Assembly (NCBI GenBank): GCA_038205015.1 | Contig: JBBRCK010000001.1 | Location: 51,862 to 115,861, forward strand | Source of the DNA: Candidatus Levyibacteriota bacterium | GTDB lineage: Bacteria; Patescibacteriota; Microgenomatia; Levybacterales; UBA12049 | Length of the DNA stretch: 64,000 bases | Direction of reading: 5' to 3' | Notes under the pieces: generated by a model | Database searches by the model: none | The model's input: the letters and a program-made list of their open reading frames with translations, nothing else | What the model was told of the DNA's origin: nothing | Made by a program: the position numbers and the translations under genes | Shown: positions 37,582 through 47,699 of the stretch, one piece after another | Layout of the letters: each line of letters begins with the position of its first letter | Numbering within the stretch: position 1 is the stretch's first letter

Positions 37582-38898
37582 ATGTTAAAAACAAAAGATC
37601 CGCAAATCTATAATTTAATTAAAGAAGAAGAGAAAAGACAAAAAGAAGTTTTGGAAATGATTCCTTCGGAAAATTACACCTCGTCGGATGTGTTGGAAGC
37701 TTTGGGAACGGTTTTAAATAATAAATACTCAGAAGGTTATCCTAAAAGAAGATATTATCAGGGAAATAAAGTAGTTGATGAGGTAGAAATTTTGGCAGAA
37801 GAAAGAGCCCAAAAACTTTTTGGGGTTCCTTATGTAAACGTTCAGGCTTTATCGGGCTCGGTAATGAATCTGGCAGTATATTTTGCGCTTCTAAAACCAT
37901 TGCAGGGTAAAATAATGGGACTTTCTTTAGCCTTTGGAGGTCATTTAACTCACGGACAGCCTCAATCATCAAGCGGGCAGTTTTTTAAATCCACTCTTTA
38001 TACTTTAGGAAAAGATTCAAAGCTTGATTTTGATGCAATAGAAAAACAGGCCATCAAAGAAAAACCCGATATAATTGTTTGCGGATTTACCGCCTACTCA
38101 AGCATTATTGATTTTAAGCGATTTGGAGAAATTGCAGATAAGGTTGGAGCTTATCTTCTAGCAGATATTTCTCATATTGCAGGGCTTGTTGTAGCGGGTG
38201 TTCATCCATCACCTGTTGAATATGCTCACATTGTTACAACAACAACGCATAAGACGCTTAGAGGTCCTAGGGGAGCCTTGATTATGATAACAGACAAGGG
38301 TATTAAAAAAGATGTAGATTTACCAAAGAAAATTGATACGGCAATAATTCCGGGATTGCAGGGCGGTCCTCATGATAATCAGACTGCCGCCATTGCAGTA
38401 TCACTTTTAGAAGCGTCAAGACCTAATTTTAAAATGTATGCAAAACAAATTGTGGTAAATTCAAAAGCTTTGGCAAAAGAACTGACCGGTTACGGATTTA
38501 ATCTGGTTAGTGGGGGAAGTGAAAACCATTTAATTTTAATTGATTTAAAAAACAAAAAGGTTAATGGTGCTATTGCCGCTTTAGCTTTGGAAGTTGCAGG
38601 AATTGTTGTTAATAAAAACGGAGTACCATTTGATACTAATCCTCCATTTTACCCATCCGGAATTCGCTTGGGAACACCGGCGATTACTACCAGAGGATTA
38701 AAGGAAAAAGATATGCCGCAGGTGGCTAAATGGATAAATTTAGCAGTTGAAGAGGTGTCTAGTTATCAATTGCCGGATGATAAAGAAAAGAGAAAAGAAT
38801 ACTTTAAAAAAATAAAAAAAGAAATTTATGTTAATAAGAATCTCCTTAAGATATCTGTGGAAGTAAAAGACTTTATTATAAAATTCCCCCTGCCGTAA
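37582..38898 (+). CDS. glyA: Serine hydroxymethyltransferase
   Basis: PSENY, NKYSEGYP, GGHLTHG, TTTHKTLRGPRG, SGIRLGT. Confidence 0.98.
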   Translation: MLKTKDPQIYNLIKEEEKRQKEVLEMIPSENYTSSDVLEALGTVLNNKYSEGYPKRRYYQGNKVVDEVEILAEERAQKLFGVPYVNVQALSGSVMNLAVYFALLKPLQGKIMGLSLAFGGHLTHGQPQSSSGQFFKSTLYTLGKDSKLDFDAIEKQAIKEKPDIIVCGFTAYSSIIDFKRFGEIADKVGAYLLADISHIAGLVVAGVHPSPVEYAHIVTTTTHKTLRGPRGALIMITDKGIKKDVDLPKKIDTAIIPGLQGGPHDNQTAAIAVSLLEASRPNFKMYAKQIVVNSKALAKELTGYGFNLVSGGSENHLILIDLKNKKVNGAIAALALEVAGIVVNKNGVPFDTNPPFYPSGIRLGTPAITTRGLKEKDMPQVAKWINLAVEEVSSYQLPDDKEKRKEYFKKIKKEIYVNKNLLKISVEVKDFIIKFPLP

Positions 38899-38912
38899 TT
38901 CAGTTTTTAATT

Positions 38913-39257
38913 ATGAGTAAACATGAAGGAATATCATTGTCGTATTTTGAAGCAGTTCTTCATCGAAGGCATAGAGCGACTTTAAGTTCTGAAATAGCAG
39001 ATTGTTTTAAGTATTTTGAAGATAATTCACCATCTAAGAAAGCTTTTGGCGATGAGCAAATGTCTTTAATCCATAATAATAGGCTTACTCTAAGAAGGGT
39101 TACAGAGGGAAAGGGTTATTCAGTCGAAATAGATGGAGTAGTAAGGGTGGTTGGAGTAGATCCAATTCCTAGGACAGAGCAATTAGAAATTGTAGGAATG
39201 ATTAGAAATGTAACTATTCCTTATGCCCAGCATGTAGCGAAAAAACTATATAGGTAA
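38913..39257 (+). CDS. Hypothetical protein
   Basis: 114-aa ORF. Confidence 0.6.
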   Translation: MSKHEGISLSYFEAVLHRRHRATLSSEIADCFKYFEDNSPSKKAFGDEQMSLIHNNRLTLRRVTEGKGYSVEIDGVVRVVGVDPIPRTEQLEIVGMIRNVTIPYAQHVAKKLYR

Positions 39258-39272
39258 TGTTAATTTAAAATT

Positions 39273-39758
39273 ATGAAAATCGGTATAGAAACTGATTTGG
39301 GTTACAAAAGAGAACCTAAATTTAAAACAATAAAAAGAGCGCCAAGAAAGGTTGGCGGTTTAGAACATGCAGAAATTTCCAGAAGAAGAATTGAGCAAGC
39401 AGAGTTATTAGCAGAAGAAGAATTAATTACAGCTCGAGAAGAATTTAGATTTGCTCATATTGGTGGGTCTTTGCAAGACATCTCTTTAATCCCTGAGACA
39501 ATACCAATACAAGAGCAGGTAGAGATTGTCCTTTTTCCAGAAGCAACGGTTGACGCTCCAACCACAAGAAGCGGAGATTTGGCTAAAAAAAGAGGGGAGA
39601 TAATAAATACATGGCTAGAGGATCCGTGGGCGATTTCAAGAACATCAGGGAACTTAAGTTTTTGGGGTAGGCATTTGCCAAGAATTGTAAGGTTTGCCAG
39701 AACATTAAGAAACAAGGGAAAGCTTCATCCAGGAATTGATAAAATATTAGACCAGTAA
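39273..39758 (+). CDS. Hypothetical protein
   Basis: 161-aa ORF. Confidence 0.6.
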   Translation: MKIGIETDLGYKREPKFKTIKRAPRKVGGLEHAEISRRRIEQAELLAEEELITAREEFRFAHIGGSLQDISLIPETIPIQEQVEIVLFPEATVDAPTTRSGDLAKKRGEIINTWLEDPWAISRTSGNLSFWGRHLPRIVRFARTLRNKGKLHPGIDKILDQ

Positions 39759-39760
39759 TA

Positions 39761-40513
39761 TTATCGTCCGCCGAATCTTCGCTGTCTTCCAGAGTATTCT
39801 TTTAAGGCGTTTGCGATATCAAAATCTGTAAGTTCAGGTAAATTATTTTTTACCGGTACAAATTCTGCCAAAGAGGCAAGTGGTCCAAATCCTGACATTC
39901 TTTGTTCGCCGGAAGTTCTTAAAACCATATCAAAAAGGGGAAGATCGGAATTAATTTTTGATAATAAGTCGTAGGTTTTAGTGGTAGCATCAATTGCTCT
40001 TTCCTTAGCAAATTCTTCTAGCTGATATCTTTCTCCGTAATCTATAAAAACAGCCAGGGTTTTATAAGTGCAATCTTTGGTTTTTTCCATAGCGTCTTTA
40101 ATGGTTGCAAAAACAAAAGGATATTCCTTTTTAAGTCTTTCTTTTTTGCCTATAACTAAAAATTTAATATTTTCATGAATCATTTTTTCTAAATTTTGGT
40201 TAATTGTGTCTTCAACCACTTCCATTATTTTGCTGATTTCATCTGTTTGTCTTTTCCAATTATCTTCCGAAAATCCCCAAATTCCCAGCACCTTGATATC
40301 GATTTTTAAAAAGTGATCGAGAATTTTAGACATTGTCCTTCCGCCTTCTTGATGACCTTCGGAAATTGAAAGTCCCAGGCTTTTTGCCCATCTTCCGTTT
40401 CCATCGGGAATAATTAAAAGCGAATCTGGAAGATTTAAGGAGTTTAGCTGTTCAAGGGCTAAATCTTGAGTTTTTTCTTCAACATGTTGTTTAATTTTAG
40501 AATGAATACCCAC
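39761..40513 (-). CDS. uppS: Undecaprenyl diphosphate synthase (cis-prenyltransferase)
   Basis: IIPDGNGRWA, FSEDNWKR, RTSGEQRMSGF, RRFGG. Confidence 0.95.
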   Translation of the reverse strand: MGIHSKIKQHVEEKTQDLALEQLNSLNLPDSLLIIPDGNGRWAKSLGLSISEGHQEGGRTMSKILDHFLKIDIKVLGIWGFSEDNWKRQTDEISKIMEVVEDTINQNLEKMIHENIKFLVIGKKERLKKEYPFVFATIKDAMEKTKDCTYKTLAVFIDYGERYQLEEFAKERAIDATTKTYDLLSKINSDLPLFDMVLRTSGEQRMSGFGPLASLAEFVPVKNNLPELTDFDIANALKEYSGRQRRFGGR

Positions 40514-40565
40514 AGAAGGTATTATACTAATTCTAAATCAAAATTTAAAGCTTAAAGCTCTAAAT

Positions 40566-43500
40566 TTATGGGGCTATCTCTTTCCAAACTCTTCGGGTAG
40601 TTTTGAAAAAGTCAGGCGCATTAATTATAAAATCGGGTCTTTCGATTATCGAGAATGCTGGGCAGGAAAGGTCTTGTGCGCAAAGGTCTCTTTCGTTAAC
40701 AAAGCCTCCGTTTACAAAGTTTCCCTGTTGAACCATAGAAGCTTTATCGTTTAGACCGGCGTTAACCACTATCGAGCCGGCAACATTAAGCCTACGGTCG
40801 TTTGCCGGGCAGGAATCTGAACCCTTAACATAAAAGTGTTTGTCCGTAGAATAGTAGCCTTCGATATTAAATCTTGTTTTTGTAGGATCCACCTCTCCTA
40901 TTAATTTACCCACGGATATATCACCCGATGTGATAAAGGTTGCAGTCGAACCTTTTGGCACATGAATCTCAGTATTATCAGTTTCATTCCCAATATTTAA
41001 ATTACCGTGAACTAAGATTACAAAATTTTTCTTAGCAGGGAAAGTATATGAACTACCCTTTAGGTTTAAACCACCTTCTGCAATATAGAAGCCATTTGGT
41101 AGATTTGCTATCAGTTGGCAATTATTAAGTCCTCCTCCTCCGCAAAATGGAGCAAGATCGGTTGGAGTAATGCCTGCACTATTGGCAATAGATGAAACAT
41201 AGTTATAGGAAGTTTTCATAACACCGGGGCTTTGAAATGAATATACATCAGGATAAGTTACTCCACCCACGATCCAGTTATACGGATTTTGAGATGCTTG
41301 ACCGAAGCCGAAATCATATGCGCCTGCCCCTGAAAAAATAACTCCGGGAGTAGCTCCACTTCCAACAACCGTGCCCAAAAGTGATGTATTTGTGCCGCAT
41401 ATTACTTTACCCGGCGGAACGTCTTGTGGAATTGGATTGTAAAATCCTCCTCCGGTTGGATCGGCAACCGAAGCTCCGGTGATGTCTCCGCCAATTGCTT
41501 GTATCCAAGGCAAAGAATTTGAAATACCAAAGTTAAGTCCGGTAATGTTTCCATTCACGTCACAGCTTGCACCTTTTGCACCATTAGTGGTGCACGTACC
41601 GTTGCCAACTGTCACGGTAAAAGAGTAAGTGCCGAGGTTACCCTTAGGATTAGTTACTTCGTATCTTGGTGGGGGGTTGGTATAAGTTATTTTATAAGTT
41701 CCACCCGGTAGATTTGATATTTTATAATTTCCTGCCGGAGCAGGATAAGTTACATTTCCGCCGGTTGAGGTAATTGAGATTGGGCTTTGATAATTTAAAT
41801 CTGTACCAGCCTGTTGTATGCCGTCTTTATTTTGGTCTACGAATACATCTCCTGTTAGATTATATATAGGAACAATCTTAATTCCGCCGTTGCCTAAACC
41901 AAGGCCGTTTGATATTCCGTAAGGCGTGCAAAGCGTTGTATTTGCTTGGCAAACGTTTACGGTTGGATAGCCGTAAGTATTTTCAATAAAGTATGGATTT
42001 GGCGCTGTCCATATAGCAGTTGAGCTCCCAGGGCTACCTGATGTTGTCGGAGTAGTACTGGTTATTGCTCCTGGGAGGGGAGAGGAAGCTAGCCAGTCAT
42101 AAGTTAAGGTTCCGCCTTGTCCTCCGGCAACGCAATTATTGGCCGTTAGGGTGGAAACTTGTCCGGGATTTCTGGAGTTAAAATCTACAGTAAGACCACC
42201 TGAGCAGATTGGAGCTGGTGGTCTTATACCAAAATTCAAAGTGGTTCCTGGTCCCACAGTTGCTGTTCGATTAGGTGAGGCAGGCGTAGTTAGAACATAA
42301 TTAGTAGGGACAGTTAAATTAACAGGATATGTAGCCGGAAATAAGTCAGCGCTAATAACTTGTCCAGCTGCATTTGTCGTATCGTTTACGCCGTTAATTT
42401 TAACAGTTGCTCCTGAATACATTGGTTCGGTTACTCCAACATATCCGCCAACTCCGTGAACGTCTCTTGCTTTATTTCCATTTAAATCCTGATATACATT
42501 TGCAGTAATATTGAACATGCAAGGACCAAGTGTTCTTGGTGAATTAGATAATTCGTTTAGTGTTCCGTCTATTTCACTTTTTGCGTATGCATGGATTGCG
42601 TGGCTAGAATTGTCAATTACCGAGGCCGGAGCGTTAAATAAGAATTGATGACTAGAACTTCCGCCGCATGCTGCATCTACACTTGCGCGTGCCGAAAGAT
42701 TGGCTACGGTAGTTCCTAAAGTTGTAGCTCCATCTTTAAGAGTAACGGTAAGCTTAGTACTAAAATTATTATATGCTCCCTGGCATGCCCATCCCCAAAA
42801 AGAAGGAGTACTAGAAGTAGTATGATAAACTGGGTCATCTGGGGGAACACAACTCGCTCCATCTAGAGAACCTTTTGACGAAGGACACATTGGTACTACA
42901 AAACTTTTAATACCAGAATAAGTTGTGCCATGACAATTATCTGCTTTTACCCGCCATTGGTAAGTATGATTTTGGTCGGTATTGGGAACTGGAATCGTAT
43001 AACTTAAAGCCATGTTTCTGTCTACGCTTGTCCATCCTGGACAGCTCCCGCCGCCAATCCCGCAATCCCTGTATTGCGCAGTATAATTTGTTGTACGGGC
43101 TGTGGCATCCCAACTAACGGTTACGTTATTTGGATTACTATCTCCTACGCAAGTTAGTCCGGTTGCATTATTTAGGCTTGGAGTACCAGGGTCAGATGAA
43201 TATGCGCAGCATCCAGCCGTACAGCTGTTATCTGTCCATGTTGAATATGAACACGTAGTATTCTTAGCAGATCCAGAACAATCATTTCCGCCTCTTTTGT
43301 GGCAAGTTCCAGTGCAGCTACTAGTCGTATTACAAAGCCATGCACAGGTGCCCCCCCAAATCCATCCTGAATTTGCGCAATATTGTGGATTATGATTTTG
43401 CGGGCACATCTGAGTAAAGCTAATTGAACGGTAAGAGCTTGTATAATTAAGGTATTTACAAGCAGCAAAATTTGGATCTAAAGTGCTTCCGCATGTGCTG

Positions 43501-43928
43501 GGGTTTTTGCAGGATATATTAAAATGATAATAATATTTTTTGAACCCGCCGTCGAATTTTGGAACAACAGTCCCAGTGTAAGAAGTAGTTGAGACTTGCG
43601 GATCGGCGCAGCTGGTTGCCCAAGTAACTTTTGCAAGACTAGGTAAATCTCCAAACTTATCGATACCTTCTATTGGAATAATATAAGAGCTGTTACGATC
43701 AATCCATACCGTATCTGATTGAGCTTTAACATTTAGGGTATCATCATTCGCTCCCCAGTAGTGAACCTGCCATTTTATATCGTTAGTATTATCAAGTGAT
43801 ATATAGATTACACATCCACCATCATATCCGCATGTTTTTGCGTATGATTGTTTTGGTAAAGACAAAGACATAGAACAAAGTGTTATAAGAAATAAAAATA
43901 AAAAGATTATTTGTTTTAATATTTTCAT
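40566..43928 (-). CDS. Large secreted Cys-rich multidomain surface protein/adhesin
   Basis: Signal peptide, Cys-rich region, FN3-like (YQWRVKA), SdrD-B-like (DLNGN, DQNKDG) domains, C-terminal WKEIAP. Confidence 0.85.
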   Translation of the reverse strand: MKILKQIIFLFLFLITLCSMSLSLPKQSYAKTCGYDGGCVIYISLDNTNDIKWQVHYWGANDDTLNVKAQSDTVWIDRNSSYIIPIEGIDKFGDLPSLAKVTWATSCADPQVSTTSYTGTVVPKFDGGFKKYYYHFNISCKNPSTCGSTLDPNFAACKYLNYTSSYRSISFTQMCPQNHNPQYCANSGWIWGGTCAWLCNTTSSCTGTCHKRGGNDCSGSAKNTTCSYSTWTDNSCTAGCCAYSSDPGTPSLNNATGLTCVGDSNPNNVTVSWDATARTTNYTAQYRDCGIGGGSCPGWTSVDRNMALSYTIPVPNTDQNHTYQWRVKADNCHGTTYSGIKSFVVPMCPSSKGSLDGASCVPPDDPVYHTTSSTPSFWGWACQGAYNNFSTKLTVTLKDGATTLGTTVANLSARASVDAACGGSSSHQFLFNAPASVIDNSSHAIHAYAKSEIDGTLNELSNSPRTLGPCMFNITANVYQDLNGNKARDVHGVGGYVGVTEPMYSGATVKINGVNDTTNAAGQVISADLFPATYPVNLTVPTNYVLTTPASPNRTATVGPGTTLNFGIRPPAPICSGGLTVDFNSRNPGQVSTLTANNCVAGGQGGTLTYDWLASSPLPGAITSTTPTTSGSPGSSTAIWTAPNPYFIENTYGYPTVNVCQANTTLCTPYGISNGLGLGNGGIKIVPIYNLTGDVFVDQNKDGIQQAGTDLNYQSPISITSTGGNVTYPAPAGNYKISNLPGGTYKITYTNPPPRYEVTNPKGNLGTYSFTVTVGNGTCTTNGAKGASCDVNGNITGLNFGISNSLPWIQAIGGDITGASVADPTGGGFYNPIPQDVPPGKVICGTNTSLLGTVVGSGATPGVIFSGAGAYDFGFGQASQNPYNWIVGGVTYPDVYSFQSPGVMKTSYNYVSSIANSAGITPTDLAPFCGGGGLNNCQLIANLPNGFYIAEGGLNLKGSSYTFPAKKNFVILVHGNLNIGNETDNTEIHVPKGSTATFITSGDISVGKLIGEVDPTKTRFNIEGYYSTDKHFYVKGSDSCPANDRRLNVAGSIVVNAGLNDKASMVQQGNFVNGGFVNERDLCAQDLSCPAFSIIERPDFIINAPDFFKTTRRVWKEIAP

Positions 43929-44644
43929 GGCTTTTTAATGATTTTAAACTCTATTAACATACCATATTCTTTAGGGTAATATTGTTTTATAAAAGCATTT
44001 ATTTCGTCGGCGATTTTATTATTTAGATTTGTTTTAATAAAATCAGGATCGTCCCTAATATTGTTTTCGGCAGAGGCATACATATTTGCTTTAGCCAATT
44101 TTGAATTGCTTGGAAAATACATTGCACTTTTTAAATTTTGAATTGCTGTATTTCTAGAGGCATTTGGAATTGCAGAAACAGAATTAATCTCATTAATAAT
44201 GCTTAGTATTTCTAAAGGTTCTCTAGAGTCAGCGCATATAGAATCTATACACGTAACAGAAAAATCATTTTTATTATAAAATTTAGGAAAGTTATCTTTA
44301 GCAAAGGTATTTAAGTCATTTGCTATAAAATTATAAATGGCATGAGAATTATTAAGTGAATAAGCCCTAGATAAAAAAAATGCAATTTTTGAAGTTGCAT
44401 TATAATTATCTTGAGGTGATGAATTCTTGTTTTCTAAAATACCAAACGGATATGTAGTCTTATTTTGCGCATTGCTTCCTGATAACTTTAGGGAATTAAA
44501 TTTTGTTTTTATATAAGTATAGTTTTTTAGATTATTTCCAAGTGAAGATGTACTCTTTGATTGATAGTTAATTGTTAATATTCCAACAAATAGAATAATT
44601 ACGCAGATTATTAACAAGACAAGTATAATTTTTTTGTTTGACAT
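43925..44644 (-). CDS. Membrane-anchored hypothetical protein
   Basis: N-terminal TM; overlaps the start of the adhesin gene. Confidence 0.75.
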   Translation of the reverse strand: MSNKKIILVLLIICVIILFVGILTINYQSKSTSSLGNNLKNYTYIKTKFNSLKLSGSNAQNKTTYPFGILENKNSSPQDNYNATSKIAFFLSRAYSLNNSHAIYNFIANDLNTFAKDNFPKFYNKNDFSVTCIDSICADSREPLEILSIINEINSVSAIPNASRNTAIQNLKSAMYFPSNSKLAKANMYASAENNIRDDPDFIKTNLNNKIADEINAFIKQYYPKEYGMLIEFKIIKKP

Positions 44645-44720
44645 AACAAAGACTTTAATAATAAAGTACTATTCTAAGACTAAAGGCTGACTAGGAATTT
44701 GTCAATGTTTTTGTTGAATT

Positions 44721-45359
44721 TTAATAATTCTGTACAAAGAGGGCAACAGCTTGCGTTAAATTGCTAATTCCAGCTTTTGTTGTAAACACTTTTTGTAGCT
44801 CGAAGCTAGCAAGGCTAAAACCGAAAGCTTTTGCTTCTACTGATTGTGGGTTTTTGGCTATAGCTTTTAAAGCGCCACCAGTTGTTAGTATTTCGCATTG
44901 ACCCCAACGTGTATTTTGGTCTAAACTTGAATTTTTGCAATCTTTGTATGTATTAGGGAATTGACCAGCAGTTGGTGCAGCAGGAGATGCCATGAGTGCA
45001 CTATAAGCTTCGTCTAATTTAGCAACGGTTATGGGTGTTTTATATTTATCTAAAGCATGTCCTCCTGCATTAAGGTCAGCAAGAAAGCTATCAGCGCTAA
45101 AGGATTCTGCTGGGGATTGTGATGCTTCAGGTGTTATGCTTGGGGAAGGTGATACGAATGGCGATTCAGTTGGCACAATTGTCATGGAAGGAATAGGCGA
45201 TTCAGTTGGTGCGGCTGGAGTAGCGGTTAAAGCTGGAGTATTTGCCGGTGTTCTTTCTGGCGTTGGATTTGGTGTTTGAGTCGCAGCGGGAGAACAAGCC
45301 TCTAAAGACCCAGTTAATAATACTCCTGCTACTAATAAATTTCTAACTCGCTCGTTCAT
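44721..45359 (-). CDS. Putative lipoprotein with Pro/Thr/Ser linker
   Basis: LLVAGVLLTGSLEAC lipobox-like signal, PT-rich stalk, helical Cys-pair domain. Confidence 0.7.
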   Translation of the reverse strand: MNERVRNLLVAGVLLTGSLEACSPAATQTPNPTPERTPANTPALTATPAAPTESPIPSMTIVPTESPFVSPSPSITPEASQSPAESFSADSFLADLNAGGHALDKYKTPITVAKLDEAYSALMASPAAPTAGQFPNTYKDCKNSSLDQNTRWGQCEILTTGGALKAIAKNPQSVEAKAFGFSLASFELQKVFTTKAGISNLTQAVALFVQNY

Positions 45360-45412
45360 ATATGGTATGGATATTACTATAGGTAAAGGGCATTGTCAAG
45401 CATCAACATATG

Positions 45413-45940
45413 CTAGTTGTAGACCATTATTTTATTAATATAATTTATCTTATTGACTGTTTTATATTCCACTTCAACATTTTTGTTTAAATTTGCTTTT
45501 TGATCTAAATCATATAGGGTTCCTAATTGAGTTTCATTTGATTTATCTGACTTTAAAAATATGCTATCAGAATTGTAAGTAAGATCCATTGTATTTATAA
45601 TTCCAACTTTTACTTTTATTTTCTCATTATTGTATTGAGAAAGTGTTCCTTTTACTGTCCAGGTTTTTGCATCAACATTATATTTTGGTCCGGAAGGAGG
45701 TGATTTTGGAAGGTTTTTTGTAACAGGCGAAGCCGAATTTAGGGCAATAACATTAAAATAATTTAAAATTCCTAGAAAAATTAAAAATATAATTACCGGA
45801 AAAATAGTTGCCAAAAGTAGAGTAATTAAAAATTTTGTTATCCTAGAACTGTTTTGTTTAGGAGAATTATTTGATTTATTGGAATAAGAAAATCCTTCTG
45901 TTTTTGGTTGGAAAGTTATGTCTTGGATTGAATCGGGCAT
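45413..45940 (-). CDS. Single-TM hypothetical protein
   Basis: TM (GILNYFN) plus OB-like beta domain. Confidence 0.7.
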   Translation of the reverse strand: MPDSIQDITFQPKTEGFSYSNKSNNSPKQNSSRITKFLITLLLATIFPVIIFLIFLGILNYFNVIALNSASPVTKNLPKSPPSGPKYNVDAKTWTVKGTLSQYNNEKIKVKVGIINTMDLTYNSDSIFLKSDKSNETQLGTLYDLDQKANLNKNVEVEYKTVNKINYINKIMVYN

Positions 45941-45978
45941 AGCAATATATTAAAGCTAACTTGAATTTTAGTCAACGA

Positions 45979-46617
45979 TTAATACCCAGAAGATGTTGCT
46001 TTAGGAGCAAGAGTAAAGTTTGCATCAACTGTAGATTTTAAAGCCGAAGAAGTAAGTCCTTCGGATGTTACTTCGGTTTTTGGTTGGAAAGTTATCGCAA
46101 TCGGAGTTGATTTTTGTCCCGGTAAAACAGAAAAATTAATCGTTGCCACAATGCCTTGTCCTAAAATTCCATTTTTAACTCCTTGCTGTGTTGGAACGCT
46201 AACTGCAAAACTGATCCTGCCGTTAACCGCATCAATAGTTTTAATATTTACAACCGGATCGACAAAGAACGGTCCGGGATTGATATTAACTTTTGTTAAA
46301 ACCTTTGGGTCATAAGAAAGTTCAAGCTGCACCGAAGTTACCGAATTTTGTCCTGTATTTATAACAACGTCAGTTGTATACGCAGAAGGAGTAGAAAGGG
46401 GTGAAGGAAGAGAAGAAATAGTTAAAACAGTTTGAACAGGATCCGGAACTGTGGCTGTTGGGATTTGTTGTGTAACTGCCGGTTTTGGTTTTTGTGTAAC
46501 GGCAATATATAAAAGTCCGAAAGCTGCAAAACTTAAAATTAAGATTAATAAAAATGTTTTTATTGCCATACCTTTTTTGGGTGTTTGAGAAACATTTTGG
46601 TCAACTGCCTCATCCAT
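45979..46617 (-). CDS. Cohesin-domain membrane protein
   Basis: V.INTGQNSVTSVQLELSYDP..L...G.G.VATI.F pattern. Confidence 0.8.
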   Translation of the reverse strand: MDEAVDQNVSQTPKKGMAIKTFLLILILSFAAFGLLYIAVTQKPKPAVTQQIPTATVPDPVQTVLTISSLPSPLSTPSAYTTDVVINTGQNSVTSVQLELSYDPKVLTKVNINPGPFFVDPVVNIKTIDAVNGRISFAVSVPTQQGVKNGILGQGIVATINFSVLPGQKSTPIAITFQPKTEVTSEGLTSSALKSTVDANFTLAPKATSSGY

Positions 46618-46783
46618 GTTGTTTCTATACTATTTTTAATTGTAGTTAATGTCAAGTTTAACAAGAAAAATAATTATTGCAATAATCCCCAGGCTTATAT
46701 ATAATAGTACACATTACTCACATTCGGATATCTATCCCTGAGTTTAAAACTTCATTCGGATGGCGGTTTAAGGGATATAAATT

Positions 46784-47698
46784 ATGAGAGAAATCACATT
46801 AGAAGAACTTCTAGAAGCTGGGTGTCATTTTGGACATCAGATTACCAGGTCTAATCCTAAAGCCAGGGATTTTGTTTTTGAGGCAAGAGATAATATTCAA
46901 ATCATTGATTTGGCAAAAACAAAAGAAGGTTTAGACGAAGCAGCGAACTTTGTAAAAGCTCTAGGTCAAAGAGGGGGAAACTTATTGGTTGTTGGAACAA
47001 AAAGACAAGCAAGAGACTTAATAGAACAAGAAGTTAAGAGGGTAAGAGATTTACTCGAAAGCGATAATAAAGGCCAAGAGGTCAAGCTTTTATTCATTAC
47101 CGAAAGGTGGATAGGCGGAATACTTACTAACTTTCCGGAGGTCTCCAAAAACTTTAAAAAATTAAAGGATATTAAAGCAAGACTGGCAAGTACCGAAGAA
47201 AAAGCAAAGTATACAAAAAAAGAAATTGGTCTTTGGGAAAAAGAAAAACAAAGACTTGAGTCTTTTTATAAAGGTGTATTTGAAATGACAGGTAAACCTG
47301 ATGCTTTATTTATTATAGATTCTCATTTGGAGGATTTGGCAGTAAGAGAAGCAAACAGCGTTGGAGTAAAAACATTGGCAATTGTTGATACGAATTCAAA
47401 TCCTTATTTAATCGATCATCCAATTCCTGCAAACGACGACGCAGTTGGGTCGATTAAATTAATTGTTACTCATGTTTTGGATTCTTGGGTAGAGGGAATT
47501 AAATCTCAAAAGGAAGAAAAGAAAGAAGAAGCATCAACCCAAGCAAAACCGGAAGCTAAAAAAACAGAAGTAAAACCAGAAGTTAAAGTAGAAAAAAAAG
47601 TGAGTGAAACAAAGCTCCCGAAGGGTATAAAAGCACCGACAAAAGCAAAGGTAGTGAAAAAAGCCCCAAAAGTTAAAAAGACAAAAGCAGCAAAATAA
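46784..47698 (+). CDS. rpsB: 30S ribosomal protein S2
   Basis: LLEAGCHFGH, RWIGGILTNF, PANDDA; Lys-rich tail. Confidence 0.98.
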   Translation: MREITLEELLEAGCHFGHQITRSNPKARDFVFEARDNIQIIDLAKTKEGLDEAANFVKALGQRGGNLLVVGTKRQARDLIEQEVKRVRDLLESDNKGQEVKLLFITERWIGGILTNFPEVSKNFKKLKDIKARLASTEEKAKYTKKEIGLWEKEKQRLESFYKGVFEMTGKPDALFIIDSHLEDLAVREANSVGVKTLAIVDTNSNPYLIDHPIPANDDAVGSIKLIVTHVLDSWVEGIKSQKEEKKEEASTQAKPEAKKTEVKPEVKVEKKVSETKLPKGIKAPTKAKVVKKAPKVKKTKAAK

Positions 47699-47699
47699 T

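Noticed and set aside
42923-43468. Short alternative-frame ORFs within the adhesin gene
   Set aside because: Shadow ORFs of a higher-GC Cys/Thr-rich coding region with no independent signals
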